The position numbers were made by a program, and so were the translations under genes. The notes beneath the pieces were generated by a model, which was not told the origin of the DNA, did no database searches, and saw nothing but the letters and a program-made list of their open reading frames with translations. From assembly GCF_035084215.1 (NCBI RefSeq), contig NC_090340.1, positions 4,650,001 through 4,714,000 of the forward strand: a stretch of DNA of 64,000 nucleotides. The letters run 5' to 3'. Source of the stretch: Heptranchias perlo (lineage: Eukaryota). This document shows, piece after piece, positions 61,785 to 64,000 of this stretch. Positions within the stretch are counted from its first letter, which is position 1. The number at the start of each line of letters is the position of its first letter.

Positions 61785-64000
61785 ATAGCTAAGTGTATTT
61801 TCCTTTTTTGAAGATTAACCATTTTTGGGTTTTATTTTGAGAAACTGATCCGTGGTCGAAAATAATCAACATCATGTTTTACAGCTTTAATGACTGGACA
61901 CCTTGAAAATCCACAGGCAACAATTGGTGTCATGTCGTTACCCCACAGGACACCGACGCAAATGCGGGAGAAACGGGGACAATTTCTTAAAATGGCAGAT
62001 TTTCTGTTATTTACATGGGTCTTCCTTAGATGTTAGCGTAAAGAATGGCGATCATCCAAAGGTATTTCAAACCTGGGTACATGAACGTCTTGCATATTTA
62101 TATTTTCTTGTGGAGGTTTTGATTTATTTCAACGTAACTTCAGTGGATGGGGCAATTTTAACTTTTGGTCAAAATGTTAAACCAACAATAATGGAAAAGC
62201 CGCCCGCTTTAAGCCTCGCTTGACTTTACTTTCTATTAAAGACAATTGAAAGGAAAATCCGGTAAGATGCACAAATGGCTGTCATCCGATATTTCCAGAA
62301 TTACACTATCCCAAAAGTTAAAATTACAACCGATGATCGGAAGAAATATGTATAGAGAAGGCCAAAAGCGGCCATTTCCAATGTTTCCCAGGGTGTTCGT
62401 CGATTTTATGCAAATGTTAGTGCAGAAATTATCTACTATTATATAATTTATTATACGGCCCTATATATTAATGGTCAACCAATCTAACATGATCAATCAT
62501 AAAGAGACTTTGAAGTGAACGTCATGGTATAGATCCAGTGAGGCGGTTAGTTTCCTCCAAATAATAGCAGGTAAGGTTATTTTCATGCGGTATTTGCTAT
62601 GAATTGATAAACTACTTTACAAAAAATTTGATATAGATATTTTAAGATTCACGGTGTGAATTTCCAAGAGGTTTCTTCCAATCCCTGCCATTTATGCTGT
62701 TTATTTGGTGTTTCCACGGATGTTCCGCTGAAGTTACGACAAATGAGCGGGGTAATAACATGGCCGCAATTCATCCCTTTGTCGCGCTCTGTGTGAAATT
62801 CAGTCTGAATCTATTCTCCAGATTGCGCACTCGTGTTTTGGCCACTTGGAGGCGTAGGGGCATTAATTTTGTTAAAGTGCAGCGGAGTGAATGTGAATAC
62901 TTGCTGTTAAACTTAAAGTTAAATGCATCTGAATTTGTTTTATAAATTTGAACTGAACAGGGTGAACGATTTGATAAGATTATGCTGCTGCACCACTCAC
63001 TGCGAGTTTGGAGGTTAGAATATGAACATAACGCTTTCACAGACAGCACTTGCTTCTCCGAAGTTCACTGTGGTATAAATTCGTCCGGGGCGTCAGTGCA
63101 AATCGGGCTCCCGATTCGTCATCCAGCGTCTTGCATTTACGCTCATGACGAATTTCTACCCCATAGTCTCCAGATGGCGTTAATTTCAGGCAGTTACTTC
63201 AGAGAGCGGGAGAAACCACGCGGAAATTCACTTCCGTTCACATCTGAAAATTAAAATGACTTGTATAATGCCTTTGATGCAAAAAAAATAACAGAAGGCG
63301 TCACTAGCTAGAAGTGCCTGGACGCAGGGATACCTTTTTTTTTAAGGATGTGGTAAAATTGCATGGAGGGTTAATTGGGCATCACCTGTGCAAACTACGG
63401 CCCATATGAGCATAAGTCCACAGGAATTGCTAGACTAAGAGAATAAGTTCCATCTCGTTCACCTTCTACTATCCTGGTAGTAATTATGATACCAGCAGAA
63501 TGGAGTTGGTGATGAATCATAACCATCAATCTCCATCAATTACTCTACAACCGAGCCAAACATGTGGCGAGGAAAATTCCATTGGTAGAAAGCTTTAGAA
63601 ACCATGGCACACATTCATCAGTTCCTCCCAAGCGTGCTACACTTACCACATATCATGTCTCAAATTACTGATTCATGATTTCCCAAAATATTTTTTCTCA
63701 AAGAAATCTATCTAATTTGAATTTCAATTAATCAACACGTTATGCTTGCACTGGCAAGATGGGAAGCCTGTTGGATACATTTACTATTCGCTCATGCAAA
63801 TCATTTTTCTCCAGATTAGTTTGAATTTAGACCTTCAAGCGCAGACCATTTCATTCAGATTGTTACTGCGGAGCATTCCCTGTCGTAGCCAATTGGGCAG
63901 CCCTCTTTATACGCATTAAGTGGTTGAGTCTTAAATCCCTGAGGGAAACCAGCGATGGGCGATGAATGTTTCCATGCCAGTGTTCACCACGTCCCAGGAA

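Noticed and set aside
1-64000. CRISPR arrays, operons, tRNA/rRNA genes or other prokaryotic systems
   Set aside because: None seen; the only tRNA-like sequences are a SINE head and the retroviral PBS.

Overview
Eukaryotic vertebrate DNA, most likely from a cartilaginous fish (inferred from CR1/L2 LINEs, a DeuSINE and a Penelope element; not prokaryotic). Most of the window is transposable-element derived. (1) A tandem segmental duplication (1-~17155 matches 41611-~55781) carries copies of an antigen-receptor-like Ig-superfamily gene. The second gene copy is largely reconstructable on the + strand: a germline-joined VJ-type exon (35790-36101), a C1-set exon (36969-37275, +1 frameshift in an A8 run) and a transmembrane exon with an Arg (42475-~42611). 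The TM exon of the neighbouring paralog is at 882-996, and a broken V duplicate lies at ~35073-35256. (2) A decayed near-full-length endogenous retrovirus on the - strand (18417-29279) has two LTRs, a PBS, gag with a CCHC knuckle, pro, RT, RNase H, IN and env. It resembles the snakehead-retrovirus-like lineage, sits inside an older CR1 and was later hit by two CR1s. (3) Two young CR1-clade LINEs have uninterrupted ORF2s. (4) A 5'-truncated Penelope element with a 13-bp TSD carries a minimal hammerhead ribozyme motif. Many old CR1/L2 fragments and their antisense shadow ORFs account for most of the ORF track. All alignments were done by eye, and family assignments come from remembered motifs rather than database searches.
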